A DNA stretch of 64,000 nucleotides from Octopus sinensis (GCF_006345805.1 NC_043008.1:41602001-41666000); one strand, 5' to 3'. Positions 1 to 12,674 are shown, counted from the first letter of the stretch. Program-made: numbers and translations. The notes: generated by a model not told the origin, from the sequence alone.

Positions 1-622
1 TTAAAGGTCTACATTTACTCTGACGCTCTATCTACTTGTAGCCATTTTCTATTGATATCGATAACATTTTCTGCTAAAATTTTGCTTAACTTAAACTGGT
101 TAAGAGAACAAATTTTAATGTCAAACTGATAGAAATGTAACTGATGATGAATATTAAAGATTACTGCATAATTTGTCGGAATAATTGAAGTTTTACGTTC
201 ACTAGAGATATCATTATCATTTTTAGAAAGTTTATTTGGAAAATGGCCAATTTGTAAATCTTTCATGTTTTTCTGACAGACAAAAAGTATCACATGGAAA
301 ATTATCTATCTCTCTCGATACTAAATCTTGGCTTTATTTTATCCGCTTCTTCATTCTGGTTGTTTGATTTAAGTAATATAATTAGTTGTATAATTTTTAG
401 TTGAAATAATAATTATTCTGTTATCAATTATTCATATTAGATATAGTATTTCAGTGGTATGTAGATTATATAGTTTTTGAAATTGTTATAAACATTTTTC
501 TTACTCTTACAATAAATTATTTCTTTGTGCTGTGTCTGAGTGAGTATTTTCACATTTGCATTTGACAATTGATAGACAACTAGGTAGTTGCATGGTGAAA
601 CTGGTAGATAATACACAGAGAG

Positions 623-665
<43 letters not shown>

Positions 666-719
666 AGGGGAGAAAAGGTAGTATGATGACCAAGCATATG
701 AGTGGAGCGTGGGTAAAAA

Positions 720-1357
720 CATTGAGTCAAGAAATAAACATAGTTCTCATGTATATTTTATTATGAAGTCGATTGTGTTAAACTCGAATTTTATAACAAA
801 AGTTTCCCCATCACGTCGCATTTTCTTGTAAATTAAAGGCGTGAGCTGGCAGAAACGTTAGCACGCCGGGCGAAATGCTTAGTGGTATTTCGTGTGTCTT
901 TACGTTCTGAGTTCAAATTCCGCCGAGGTTGACTTTGCCTTTCATCTTTTCGGCGTCGATAAATTAAGTACCAGTTGCGTACTGGGGTCAATCTAATCGA
1001 GTGCCTCCCTCCACCAAAACTTCGAACCTTATGCCTAGAATAGAAAATATTTTCTTGTAAATTACCGACTTAATAACTACGCAATTTATATCAATTTCCA
1101 CGATACCATAAATTTATTTTGCTCCCAAAGTCAGAAGAAATATGTCCATTGTAATTAAATCATAAATATATAATGAATTGGTGTGTTTGTTAGCATTATA
1201 TAATGTATTAACTTACATTTTAGTATTTACTTCTTCATTTATAAGACGTCTCATGTGTGTCACGCTTCATGTTCCAGCAGAAGTCAGCCAGCATGGCTGG
1301 GCTCCATTTTCCCTCATACCTGTTTTCCGTTGACGCTATATCTTGATGGAACCTTTC
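720..1357 (-). mobile_element. 3' relic of a Chapaev-like (CMC group) DNA transposon, interrupted by a SINE
   Basis: The minus strand of 1220-1357 translates to ERFHQDIASTENRYEGKWSPAMLADFCWNMKRDTHETSYK. This matches the ERFHQDI..E.RY.G.W...M.AD.CW..KRD transposase C-terminal motif I associate with Chapaev-type elements. A degenerate terminus-like CATTGAGTCAAG lies at 720. The superfamily name is from memory. Confidence 0.65.
836..1048 (+). mobile_element. tRNA-derived SINE-A, tail-1 subfamily
   Basis: A-box-like TGGCAGAAACG, B-box GTTCAAATTCC and central GCCTTTCATCTTTTCGGCGTCGATAAATTAAGTACC. Perfect 16-bp TSD ATTTTCTTGTAAATTA at 820-835 and 1049-1064. Confidence 0.9.
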
Positions 1358-1882
1358 GGGCGGCATTCAGGCTAGCTACTACGGATGGCACCTTTGAGAC
1401 TTTCGGCCTCACTATAGGGCTGCTTCGCGGCCCTCTAACCCTTCTGAAATGAAACTTATTTCTTCAAATGTGCTGATCATAGTTTACTCAATAGGCGTAG
1501 GAGCGAGGTAACTGTAGTAAAAAGTAGGGGAGTCAGTGGAGTTCCATTTAAGCAGGCCTTCAGAAATTGAACATCCTAACGATACTCCCTGGGAGTTCAT
1601 GATATGAAATTCACTGTCATTCCCATGTATTTAGTTTAAAATGCGGTAAAAATAGGGAGGATAAGAGGTTCCCCAATTAGGCGGCCCTTAAAAAAAATAA
1701 ACCCCTTAGACATACCCTGAGATTAGGGAAGTTGCTGGTTTGAGTTTGTTGTCCTTGCACCAATGGTCTATGAGGAGTTAACGAACATAAAACGTAATGG
1801 ACAGAGAAACATCACTCAAATTAATGTTAATAATATATATATATATATATTATATATATATATATTATATATATATATATAT

Positions 1883-2079
1883 GTCTTGACTGACAGTTGC
1901 GTTGGGTACTTGACAATTGTAATAAAATAACTGACTTCATCATTTTTATACCTTATACATACATACATATATATACATATATAAAATGTATGTATGTATG
2001 TATGTATAAGGTATAAAAAAGGTGAAGTCAGTTATTTTATTACAATTGTCAAGTACTCAACTCAACTGTCAGTCAATAC
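1883..2079. repeat. Fold-back inverted repeat (~90-bp arms) around a (TACA)n/(TGTA)n centre
   Basis: TTGACTGACAGTTG...TTGACAATTGTAATAAAATAACTGACTTCA is mirrored by TGAAGTCAGTTATTTTATTACAATTGTCAAG...CAACTGTCAGTCAA. Confidence 0.85.
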
Positions 2080-2304
2080 ATTCTGAAATCTGATGATTAC
2101 TGCGAACGTATGAAATGTTAATTGAACTTTATGAACATTACTAAATATTCTTTTTATTGTTTAACTCACTTCAACATTGCAATTTCTTTTTAAATACAAC
2201 AATAAAAGACGTAACTTTATTCAATTGATATATTATTCTATTGATATATTATTCTATACACATTTACACAAATTCGAAATAAATATATATATACTTAATT
2301 ATGC

Positions 2305-2361
2305 AAGAGACCTGTCGCCCTGCTCCCTTAATACAATATATATATATATATATTATATATA

Positions 2362-2394
<33 letters not shown>

Positions 2395-2866
2395 AATTAC
2401 CTATAAATTTTAATTTCATATTTCATGCTGACTACCTGATAAAATTCATTAAAGTGATTTTATGAATGAAGAAATAAAATAATATTTTTACCCCTGATTA
2501 ATATCGCATTTTCTGCGGAGCTATTTTGATACTATACACGTGGTTGTCTATAAAAATTATGAATCTGACTTATCATTGCTGTATACGTGAAAGTACTTGC
2601 ATGTAGACGTGCGAATCCACGTTGTAAAGGTGTGTATAATTATTTATATATTTCTCGTGTATTGTGTTTACGAAGATAAAAAGCATTTTATAGCTTTAAT
2701 CCAGAAATTGGCCCGAATTCACAATTAACGTGAAGTCGTTTTTAGTATTTTTTCACTTACTTAGCCACGACCTTTGTCTTTTTGGAAATTTTCGGTAGTT
2801 CTTAGTGCCTCGGCATTTGTTTAAGCATGTTGAAGACAGGTCGCCCTGCTCCCTTGATATAATTAC

Positions 2867-2899
<33 letters not shown>

Positions 2900-2925
2900 A
2901 TATATATAATTACACACCCACAAAC

Positions 2926-2957
<32 letters not shown>

Positions 2958-3039
2958 GTATTTATGTGTAATTATTAATTTAATATATAAATTACCTACA
3001 AATCTTTACTTCATGCTGACTGCCTGATAAAAATCATTA
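2305..3039 (+). repeat. Two diverged direct repeats (about 2305-2451 and 2833-3039), each with an internal (TA)n
   Basis: Both contain GTCGCCCTGCTCCCTT...(TA)n...TAAATTACCTA...TTCATGCTGACTRCCTGATAAAA. Confidence 0.7.
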
Positions 3040-3105
3040 TCCTTCTGTTCTAGTTCGTATGTGTGTGTGTGTGTGTCTGTGTGTGCATGTATATAAGTAT
3101 GTATG

Positions 3106-3208
3106 TATGTATGTATGTATGTATGATGGATGGATGGATGGATGGATGGATGGATGGATGGATGGATGGATGGATGGACGGATGGATGGGTGGACGGATG
3201 GATGGATG
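3106..3208 (+). repeat. (GTAT)n followed by (GGAT)n microsatellite
   Basis: Direct reading. It explains the HPSI/HTYI pseudo-ORFs. Confidence 0.95.
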
Positions 3209-4353
3209 TATATGCATGCATAATAGTAAAGCATTAATATGAAATATATAAAAAAAAACAATATTTACTTCGAACAATATATATATATTGGAACAAAATA
3301 GATTATCATCATCATTGTTTATTTGTTACAAACATAGTATCTTCACTGCTCAGGTCATGCATAATTCTTTGGAGATGTTTGAGAAAACTCGATTTCGAAA
3401 ATGTTGGTAGCTGTAGGGATGACGTCTACCAGATGAAAAAACTCTATAGCTTTTAAATTTTTCAACTTTTTATAATTTTTGAAAGTTGTTACCCCCAATT
3501 ATTTTGGTATCTTGTAAGGTTACATATTTTTTATAATAGTGAGGACAATGTTTAAAGTTAGCTATACATCTCAAGTTTTTTATGTTCAGAGTCATGATTT
3601 TTGTCATTCAATTAATTGAACGCAATTACTGAATATACTTTATTTTATAGTAATGGAATTTCTAAGTCTTCTTGGAATGCTTCTGCATTAAAAATAAATA
3701 CAAGCTGGCAAACACAATGCTATGAGAAATTAAATAAATTTTTAGCTAATCGAAATGCTTCAATGATGCCACAAATAAAACCACTAGCTTTAATGGTAAC
3801 TCTTATAAAGTGGGTCATGCCAGAGTATTCACTATTTACGTGAAGTATATTAAAAGTATATCAAGATATGCAACTAGGGTTGATCCTGAAATTTGATAGC
3901 TATGGTTCAAACTGGTGTACCTTTCAACCTTATTGCACCTCGTCACGGAACCTTTGCCTGTTACGAAAATATTTCACCGATGAGGCAATTCGAAATAATG
4001 AACATGAAAGTTATGCATAGACTTTATTTGCATACTAAAACGATAATGTTCTACTTGCGTGATAATGATTATAAATTTCAATACACAGAACACCATTAAA
4101 TAAATTATACCCAAGTAATCGTAGTTATAAACTTGTTGTTGCTTTTATAGTGATTATTAATATTCTTGTGGTTGTTGTTGTTGTTCTTGCTTTTATTGTT
4201 GTTATCGTTTGCAAGTAGCTTCACCAAAGTCCATTTAGTTGCATTAGATCTGAGTTATATCAATAACTGGTTTTCAATCATCCATCCACCCATCCATCCA
4301 TCCATCCATACATACATACATAAATACACGCACGCACGCACGCACACACACAG

Positions 4354-4391
<38 letters not shown>

Positions 4392-4393
4392 GT

Positions 4394-4811
4394 ACGAGCT
4401 GGCAGAAACGTTAGCACGCTGGGCGAAATGCTTCGCGGTATTTCGTCTGCCGCTACGTTCTGAGTTCAAATTCCACCGAGGTCGACTTTACCTTTCATCC
4501 TTTCGGGGTCGATTAAATAAGTACCAGTTACGCACTGGAGTCGATATAATCGACTTAATTCGTGTGTCTGTGCTTGTTTGTCCTCTCTGTCTTTAGCCCC
4601 TTAGGGGTAATAAAGAAATAGGTATTTCGTCTGCCGCTACGTTGTGAGTTCAAATTCCGCCGAGGTCGACTTTACCTTTCATCCTTTCGGGGTCGATTAA
4701 ATAAGTACCAGTTGCGCACTGGAGTCGATATAATCGACTTAATCCGTGTGTCTGTTCTTGTTTGTCCTCTCAGTGTTTAGCCCCTTGTGGGTAGTAAAGA
4801 AATAGGTAGTT
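4394..4811 (+). mobile_element. SINE-A tail-2 subfamily, head-to-tail dimer
   Basis: Full unit at 4394-4620, then a second unit beginning exactly at GGTATTTCGTCTGCCGC (4621-4637; also at 4437-4453). Both units end in TTTAGCCCCTT...TAAAGAAATA. Confidence 0.9.
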
Positions 4812-5254
4812 AGAGCTTTTAAGAAATAAACATTGGACATCCATATTGTGTCTGTGCTTTTAGCTATTTACATCTACAAAAGATGCTCTCTTGAGACGAA
4901 TAAAGTAGTTTAGAAGCAGTTGGATGCGTTAACATCCAACTCAAAGATTACTTACGGGAGACAGCGATTATATATCACCTGAGGAGATACAACTGGATCC
5001 CATTATACAGGTAAACCGTTGCTTAATTTAAGTCATGTGTGCATGTGGATTTATGTTGCATTGAAACATGTGTAGTGTTTATTAAATAGTTGTCTAAACG
5101 TACTCCTTTCTGTTGACTCTAGTCAATTTTTATTTTTCACCCACGATGAATGCCTAAGCCTAGACTTCGAATACCACAGGCTATTTTGTAATTCTACGGA
5201 TGAACGAGCTCTATTTTGTACTCTAATACGTTTCTAACGGTATACACTTTATAT

Positions 5255-5308
<54 letters not shown>

Positions 5309-5309
5309 G

Positions 5310-5344
<35 letters not shown>

Positions 5345-5347
<3 letters not shown>

Positions 5348-5495
5348 GGAAGAGTTTACGAAAAAAGAAAAGACGAAGACAGGTGGTGTACAAAAGAAAC
5401 AGATGTATTAGTATAACGCTCAGGAACAGAAAAAAAGTATTTTATGTTTCGAGCCTACGCTCTTCTATAGAAAGGGACACAGAAAAAAAACAAGG
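5345..5495 (-). repeat. Short interspersed repeat with a hammerhead-like motif (copies also near 7435-7580 +, 37620-37760 -, 38520-38660 +, 54075-54250 -)
   Basis: Shared core GAAGAGCGTAGGCTCGAAAC(G/A)TAAAAG plus a shared ~100-nt downstream flank in five copies. Confidence 0.75.
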
Positions 5496-6254
5496 AGACA
5501 AACATATACATACACACATACACACATACTAATTATATACAGATCGCTAATTTTGAACAAATACTACTTCTGCCGCTAATAATGAATTGATAAACAGGCC
5601 AATATGAAGTTAGTTGTACATCTGGAAAGCTTTCGTTATCTTCTTTTTACTTGAAGTATCTAGTACTTTGAGAATACGCATATGTTTTGGCATATAACTA
5701 CATAAATGAAATTATGAGTTTATTTTTTTTTTACTCGCAGAATATTTATTAAAGCTAAATTAAGTAGTAAGACTAACCTCTTAATATATAAATATATGAA
5801 GTGTTAAGTAGACAACACATGTCAAACACGCGAGCAGCAAATCAGCTTTTTTTAAGTCTCATCAAATATGCATATACATATTCGAATATCTTCTGTTAAG
5901 AGAAATTTGTTTATACGCAGGTTAAGAGGCATATGTTTATTTGCAATAATATCTCTTGAGAGGTATGAAAAAGAAATAAATTTGTTATAAAAAAATGCAG
6001 AATAGATTATTGTAGGAAAATGTATTCATATTCTATGATTTCAGATTACAAGATGTTTTGGAGTAAGTAACGCAAGAATTACATACTTTAACACATATAT
6101 CCAAAACTATAGAATATCAGAAATTACACTTAAACAGAAACCGTACTATAACATGAACTATAAATTAACGTTACAAAAGTCAGACAACAATAGATTTGTA
6201 CGAATTAGAATGATGGGAGTAATATAATAAGATGTATAGTACACGTGGAGATAT

Positions 6255-6605
6255 ATGTGGCTGTGTAGTAAGAAAGTTGATTCCCAGCCATATGGTTCCG
6301 GTTTCAGTCCCAAGGAGTGGTACCTTGAGCTAATATTTTCTAAATATATCCTCGGTTGAAAAAAGCCTTGTGTGCATTTCGGAGATGGAAAGTGGAAGAA
6401 GCCCGTTGTATATATGTGTGTTTCTCTTTGTGTCTGTGTCTGTCCCTTCACCACACCACTTGACAACCGGTGCTGGTTTGTTTACGTCTCCGCAATTCAG
6501 CAGTTTGGCTAATAGAAGAACAAGGCTTACAACAAGGGGTGGTGCCGATTCGTTCGACTAAAAATTCGTTAAAGAAGACAGTGTCCCAATATGGCCGCAG
6601 TCATA
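6255..6605 (+). mobile_element. tRNA-derived SINE-B (CORE-like middle), degenerate copy
   Basis: GTGGCTGTGTAGTAAG head and GGTTTCAGTCCC B-box-like motif; alignable to the copies at 11050 and 12078. Confidence 0.8.
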
Positions 6606-6954
6606 TACAAGTATATATGTCATATGCGAGTATATATGTGAGTATATATAATCACGGTGATACATGTATGTCTTGCTTTTTCAATTTCGATTATTTTCAT
6701 CATTTGTACGGTGATTTAGGATTTCTATTCATTTTTCCAATTTCACCTATGTGTTGAAGTTAAAATTTGTGGTCTGGTCCTTTTTACTGCTGCAATTAGC
6801 ATGCCGATACTGCTTCTTAGTACCCTTAATTATTAATTCACAATGTTTTCCTGTTTTTGACACATGCTAAGCCACTGATATTATTATAAATAATAATAAT
6901 ATCCGCATATATATTATATATATATATATATACACACACACAAAAGTGTGTAGT

Positions 6955-7200
6955 ACAGTGAAAGCGTTTGAGGAGCCCAGGATAAAACATGCAAGACTCA
7001 AAAGAGATTTAAAGAAGAATGTTGCGATCGAGAAGGTGAGTCTCGGTGACCTTTTGGCATGCAGTTTGTGACAAGTCATGCCTTGCTTTTCCCGGTATCG
7101 AATCTCATTTACGGACCCATGAAATACGAACCTCCACCAGCTATTTTGCTGTATATCTGTGCACACATTTCAATATTGTGTATGCCACAAGGTTTACAAT
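6955..7200 (+). mobile_element. 3' fragment of an RTE-clade LINE ORF
   Basis: Translates, with one frameshift, to VKAFEEPRIKHARLKRDLKKN...CSL/CDKSCLAFPGIESHLRTHE, like the C2H2-type C-terminus of RTE ORFs. Confidence 0.6.
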
Positions 7201-9269
7201 TTTAACGGAGGCCTAAAAGACGTTTTAAGGTACACTAAGATAAGAAATTAACTGCAGCTCAAAAAAAAGCCACATAAGAAGCTATGATGAATCTAACGTG
7301 TAGGTACAAGGAATGGTCAGACTCTGCATAAGGAGTAGACTAGACAAGTACCATATATATGTGTGTATATAAGTTGATATGTATACATATATGCATGCAT
7401 ATATGTGTATGCCATGTGGGACTTCTCTCTCGATTTTCTCTTATTCTTTTCTGTTGACGGTCGTAGGCTGGAAACGTAAAAGTCTTTTGTTTTCATTTTT
7501 CCCGAGCGTGAAACTAATGCACTTGCTTGTTGTTTATGAAACTGTCTTCGTTTTTTGTTTTTCTATAAATTTCAACTATATATGTGTGCGTTTGTGTGCG
7601 TGTATGTATATATTATATGTATATGTATGTGGGCGTGCACTTTTACAGTCTACTTTGAGTTTCGCCCCGGGATTATCATCAGCTTTCACTATTCTCGGGT
7701 AGATTAAGTTGTTTCTAGTATATATAGGGATGACTACCTTCGATGTGAGTGTGTGATAACCTAATTTATGAGGGTTTTATAAGCAGTTCATCGACCATAT
7801 TATCGAAAGGTATGGCATGTATCTCGACCTTTTAGTAGGTTGTGTATATATAATATGTGTTAAATTACGATATTTTGCGATGTTATATTAACTTTTGTTA
7901 TTCTGTTTATGTATTAAAATATTTAGGTATTAAAAGTATATCAAGAAAAAATTTTACTCATTAAAAAAAAAAAATTATTGATTATTCAATTAGAGCATAA
8001 CATTATTTTAAGACAAAATTTGTTAATTTATATTTATTTGTAACGGATGTGTTGCTATTACTCTTTTGTTATTTTTAGGTGAAAAAAGTTTCTAAGTTTG
8101 AACAAAACCTTTATTTAAAACAATATTTACAAGAACATCATTCTTTTCTATTATGAAGATAAATAAAATTAACTATAACAGAAATGATTCCTGGAAAAAA
8201 GTGCACTACAGTGAAAAATGCGGGCGTAGAATCCTAGAGATTCCTTAATATAGAACCTTGAATAGTAGAGAACAAGTAGTAATTAAGTTGGCAAATTGGC
8301 AAAGTACGGGTCAAGAGATAAAACTTAAAATATTGCTGCTGAGATTATATTTCTGGAATTGTTCATCAAATAGTGTGTGTACTTGTTTGGTTTTCATTTT
8401 AAATGTTATTTTTGGTTTTTATTGCAAATTATTTTCATTAAGTTATAATTCTTATTTAAAAATTTCTTCGTATTAGTCTAAAACATTTCTGTCTTATTTT
8501 TAGCATCATATCATATTTTTAATTTTATTTTCTTAAAAAAACCCATTATCCAAAACTTTCAAATCACAGATATTGTTATAAAACTAAACTCATGTAGAAT
8601 ATATGTAATTCAAAATAATAAAAAATACTAAAATAAAACTTTTAAGAAACAAAAGAAGTCATTACATTAAAGTTTTCATTATCAGATAACGGACTATTTT
8701 CTATTTCCAGTCAGGAGAATATTTTTAAAAAATTAAAGCTAATGAACAAATTGAGTGCAAAATGTGGAAATGACACTCTATTAAAAAAAAAAACTTGGGG
8801 TTTGTAATACATTGTCAATTTTGCTTAAATTGCAATTATGCGATTTTTAAAGTACATAGATTTCTAATATCAATACTTTATGTTTAAACTTGTAGACAAT
8901 TAGTCTTTTCACAAAAATTGAAAATAAATAGCTTCTCGAGTTTGTTTCTAAATTTTTATGTAAAAGTTAAAAAATATAAATTGGCACTTATTACTATGTT
9001 AGTTTTTAAGTTCTAATTTCAGCAGCAATATTTTAGCTTTTTCTTTCTTTTTGTCCTGTACTTTCTAGTTACAATACACAGGAATATTTTAACGCTTTGT
9101 GCCTTCATTTCGGTATTGTTTCTTCTGTACTTTACCAGATTCAGTACTTAAGGCTATTCTAAGATTCTGCGCCCAAATTTTTCCTCCTCAGATACATATA
9201 TATATATATATATGTGTGTGTGTCTTTACACGCTCTCACATACATATATACATATCTATATCTATCTAT

Positions 9270-9720
9270 AGGGGTAGCTTATCCTGTTCAGGCTATATCA
9301 TTAGCATTATCCTGCATATGAGAATTTAAAATTACTTCTTTAACTTTCTTAGACATCTCAACGCTCCAAAAGCAAACTTCGTTTGTTTCTTTGCGTTCAT
9401 AGTAATTTGAATTTAACGCATGATAACGTCTCATAAAGCGACATCTATATATATCTTAAACTTGCGGAAGAATTTGTGGTGTTGTGCGGTTTAGATTAAT
9501 TGGTTCAGAGCACCGCTACGCGTAATCACGGAGGTGTGAGTTCGAGTCTCATAGCCGGCCGCCAACACTTTTATTTGCAAAATAGGGGTACTTTATCCTG
9601 TTCAGGCTATGGTATTAGCATTATCCGGCGTTTGAGAATTTAAAATCGCTTCTTTCTAAAACACCTCAACGCTTCTAAAGCAAAATTCGTTTGTTTACGT
9701 TCATCGTAATTTGAATTACA
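9270..9720 (+). repeat. ~140-150-bp direct repeats (about 9270-9418 and 9582-9718) flanking a tRNA-like sequence
   Basis: Both repeats read ATAGGGGTA..TTATCCTGTTCAGGCTAT...TTAGCATTATCC...GAGAATTTAAAAT...TTCGTTTGTTT...GTAATTTGAATT. Confidence 0.8.
9491..9568 (+). pseudogene. Degenerate tRNA-like sequence (Thr-like) or SINE head
   Basis: Intact T arm GTGAG-TTCGAGT-CTCAT, D-loop AATTGGT and 3' acceptor strand AGCCGGC. D and anticodon stems are mismatched; the loop contains CGTAA. Confidence 0.5.
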
Positions 9721-9904
9721 ACAGAAGAAAGAGAGAGAGAAAGAGTGGTGAAAGAGTACAGCAGGGATCACCACCCCCTGCCGGAGCCTCGTGGAGCTTT
9801 TAGGTGTTTTCGCTCAATAAACACTCACAGCGCCAGGTCTGGGAATTGAAACCGCGATCCTACGACCGCGTGTCCGCTGCCCTAACCACTAGGCCATTGC
9901 GCCT

Positions 9905-9908
<4 letters not shown>
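9720..9908 (-). mobile_element. SINE-C (head X) 5' half
   Basis: The reverse complement gives GGAGGCGCAATGGCCTAGTGGTTAGGGCAGCGGAC...GGTTTCAATTCCC, the same head as 49027-49411. Confidence 0.85.
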
Positions 9909-9983
<75 letters not shown>

Positions 9984-11049
9984 CTATATATATATAAATA
10001 TATATACATATATATATATATATACACATATATATATAAATATATAAATATATATATATATATAATATATATATATATATAATATATATATATATGCTTC
10101 TCAACCTTATAAAATAATATTTTATGTAAAGCCATCATTCACAACACTCTCTTTATGTCCAGAGCAATTCAAATTTGATTTACGTTTCACATATTGTCAT
10201 TGTTAATTAATGATTTATATTTGCTGTCATCATTATTTTCCTTTTTTCATAGATTCATTAGAGTTTTCCTTTCTATACGCTAAAATGAAATCATCTTAAT
10301 AACTGGACGTACCTTAATAACAGTACATTAGCCTCTAATCTTGAATTATATATAATTTTGATGAGTAATTAATAGACTTTTGATATCTCTCAAGAGATAT
10401 TATTGTTTACAAACCTATTTAATGTAAGTAATGATCTTTTAAATTGACTCGAATGTTTATTGAAACGATTGAAGACAGCTTACTGCTAGAAGACTTGATG
10501 TTGAATATTATGTTAGCATTTATTCTTCAACATATTAAATCTGACTTGCTAGAAATTGGCCATGCAAAGAAGAAAACATAAATATGAGAAGAGCTATTCA
10601 CATTTTTAGCAATTCAATCAGTATACAACGTCTCAAAAAGTATACAACATCTCAATGAACGTACTGCTTTACGTTGAATAGTATTTCACAATGTTTTTAT
10701 CATTATACACAGTTGAAATCTTCGATATTACGTATTATATTCGTTCTTATTCTAGCCAGAGGTTTTCTCTACCCTTAAATCACAAGTTCAAAATTCTGTT
10801 AAGGAGAGGATTAGAGGAAATTTAGTAGAATTTATTGATATAATTAAGTTCTAGTTGATGCAATGATCTGCGTATTGTTGATATTGCCTTGTTAATGATT
10901 ACGTAATGATCTTTTTATCTTAGTAAAATCATAACTACCAACAGATTATCTTTCTCATCAATTTACATTGAACTTTCATTCTTTCAAAATACAAGCATTT
11001 TTGCGAGACTTGTTCTCTTTAGTGTAATGTGTACCGTTATATGTAATGT

Positions 11050-11450
11050 TTAGTGGCTGTGTGGTAAGTAGCTTACTTACCAGCCACATGGTTCCGGGTT
11101 CAGTCCCACTGTGTGGCATCTTGGGCAAGTGTCTTCTACTATAGCCTCGGGCCGACCAAAGCCTTGTGAGTGGATTTGTTAGACGGAAACTGAAAGAAGC
11201 CCGTTGTATATATGTATATGTATATATATGTGTGTGTGTTTGTGTGTCTGTCTTCGCCCCCACCCCAACATAGCTTGACAACTGATGGTGGTGTGTTTAC
11301 GTCCCCGTAACTTGGCGGTTCAGCAAAAGACACTGATAGAATAAGTATTAGGCTTACAAAGTATAAGTCCTGGGGTCGATTTGCTCGACTAAAGGTGGTG
11401 CTCCAGCATGACCGCAGTCAAATGACTGAAACAAGTAAAAGAGTAAAGGA
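11050..11450 (+). mobile_element. SINE-B full copy
   Basis: tRNA-like head, CORE-like CATCTTGGGCAAGTGTCTTC, internal (TA)/(TG) tract, tail GCAGTCAAATGACTGAAACAAGTAAAAGAGTAAA. Confidence 0.9.
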
Positions 11451-12077
11451 GAGTTGGCTCTAATTAAAAGAGCTATTTCTGTGTTATCAGTTTTGTATCA
11501 GCAATAGTTTGTCTCTTTTAAAATCAAGCAATCATTAATAGGACAATTCCTTTACATGTGTGTGTGTGTCTGTGTGTGTGTGTATGTGTGTGTATGTGTG
11601 TGTTTGTGTGTGTCTGTGTGTCTGTGTGTATGTGTGTGTGTCTGTGTGTGTCTTTGTGTGTGTGTGTGTTCGAAAACAAGAAGAAACGTAAGCGTGAAAC
11701 ATTTTGAACATAGCTTGAAACATTTTAAACACAGGATTATAAACATTTTAAACCTTTCTTAAATATTCTATTCAGCTTGGGTGTAAGCTTGGATGCATGA
11801 GCAGAATGGTGTCAGCTGTCAGTACAGAAGATTACAAAAGTAATAAAATTTGGAGAGGCATAACACAAATGATGGAAAATAGATACGCATCTGCCGGGTT
11901 TCTGAATACCAGTTTTTCATCGCTGTTATTGCTTGAGCCAAACATCGAAACCCGTCAGAGATGGAGGTTTTGCTTGACAATAACATTGCGCCGTTCTAGA
12001 TTACTGGTTGTCACTCGGCAGTAATTTGTTATCTATCCGATATCAAGGAAAACTGGCAACGATCAGAATAAAAATAG

Positions 12078-12480
12078 CGCAGAAGTGGCTGTGTGGTAAG
12101 TAACTTGTTTACCAACCACATGGTTCTGGGTTCAGTCCCACTGCGCGGCACCTTGAGCAAGTGTCTTCTACTATAGCCTCGGGCCGTCCAAAGCCTTGTG
12201 AGTGGATTTGGTAGACGGAAACTGAAAGAAGCCCATCGTATATATGTATATATATATATGCCTGTGTGTGTTTGTGTGTCTGTGTTTGTCCCCCTAGCAT
12301 TGCTTGACAACCGATGCTGGTGTGTTTATGTCCCCGTTACTTAGCGGTTCGGCAAAAAGAGACCAATAGAATAAGCAGTGGGCTTACAAAAGAATAAGTC
12401 CCGGAGTCGAGTTGCTCCATTAAAGGCGGTGCTCCAGCATGACCGCAGTCAGATGACTGAAACAAGTAAAAGAGTAATGA
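12078..12480 (+). mobile_element. SINE-B full copy
   Basis: Colinear with 11050-11450. Confidence 0.9.
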
Positions 12481-12539
12481 GTATAATAATGGCTCTTTCA
12501 ACTATAGGTAGAAGATCGGAGATTTTAGGAGTTGAAAAC

Positions 12540-12670
12540 CTATTCTACTTTATCGATCCGAGTATTTGTCTGGTACGAATTTCATCGACCTCGAAAGGAT
12601 GTAAAACAATGTCGAATTCGGCGGCATTTGAACCCAGAACGTAAAGAGCCGGAAGAAATGCCCGTTCACC
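12540..12670 (-). mobile_element. Degenerate SINE-A fragment
   Basis: Reverse complement of TTTCATCGACCTCGAAAGGATG...GGCGGCATTTGAACCCAGAACGTAAAG. Confidence 0.55.
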
Positions 12671-12674
12671 GCAA

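Noticed and set aside
4394-4811. Repeat-spacer appearance suggesting a CRISPR-like array
   Set aside because: These are two 184-bp SINE units with no unique spacers, in a eukaryotic context with no cas genes.
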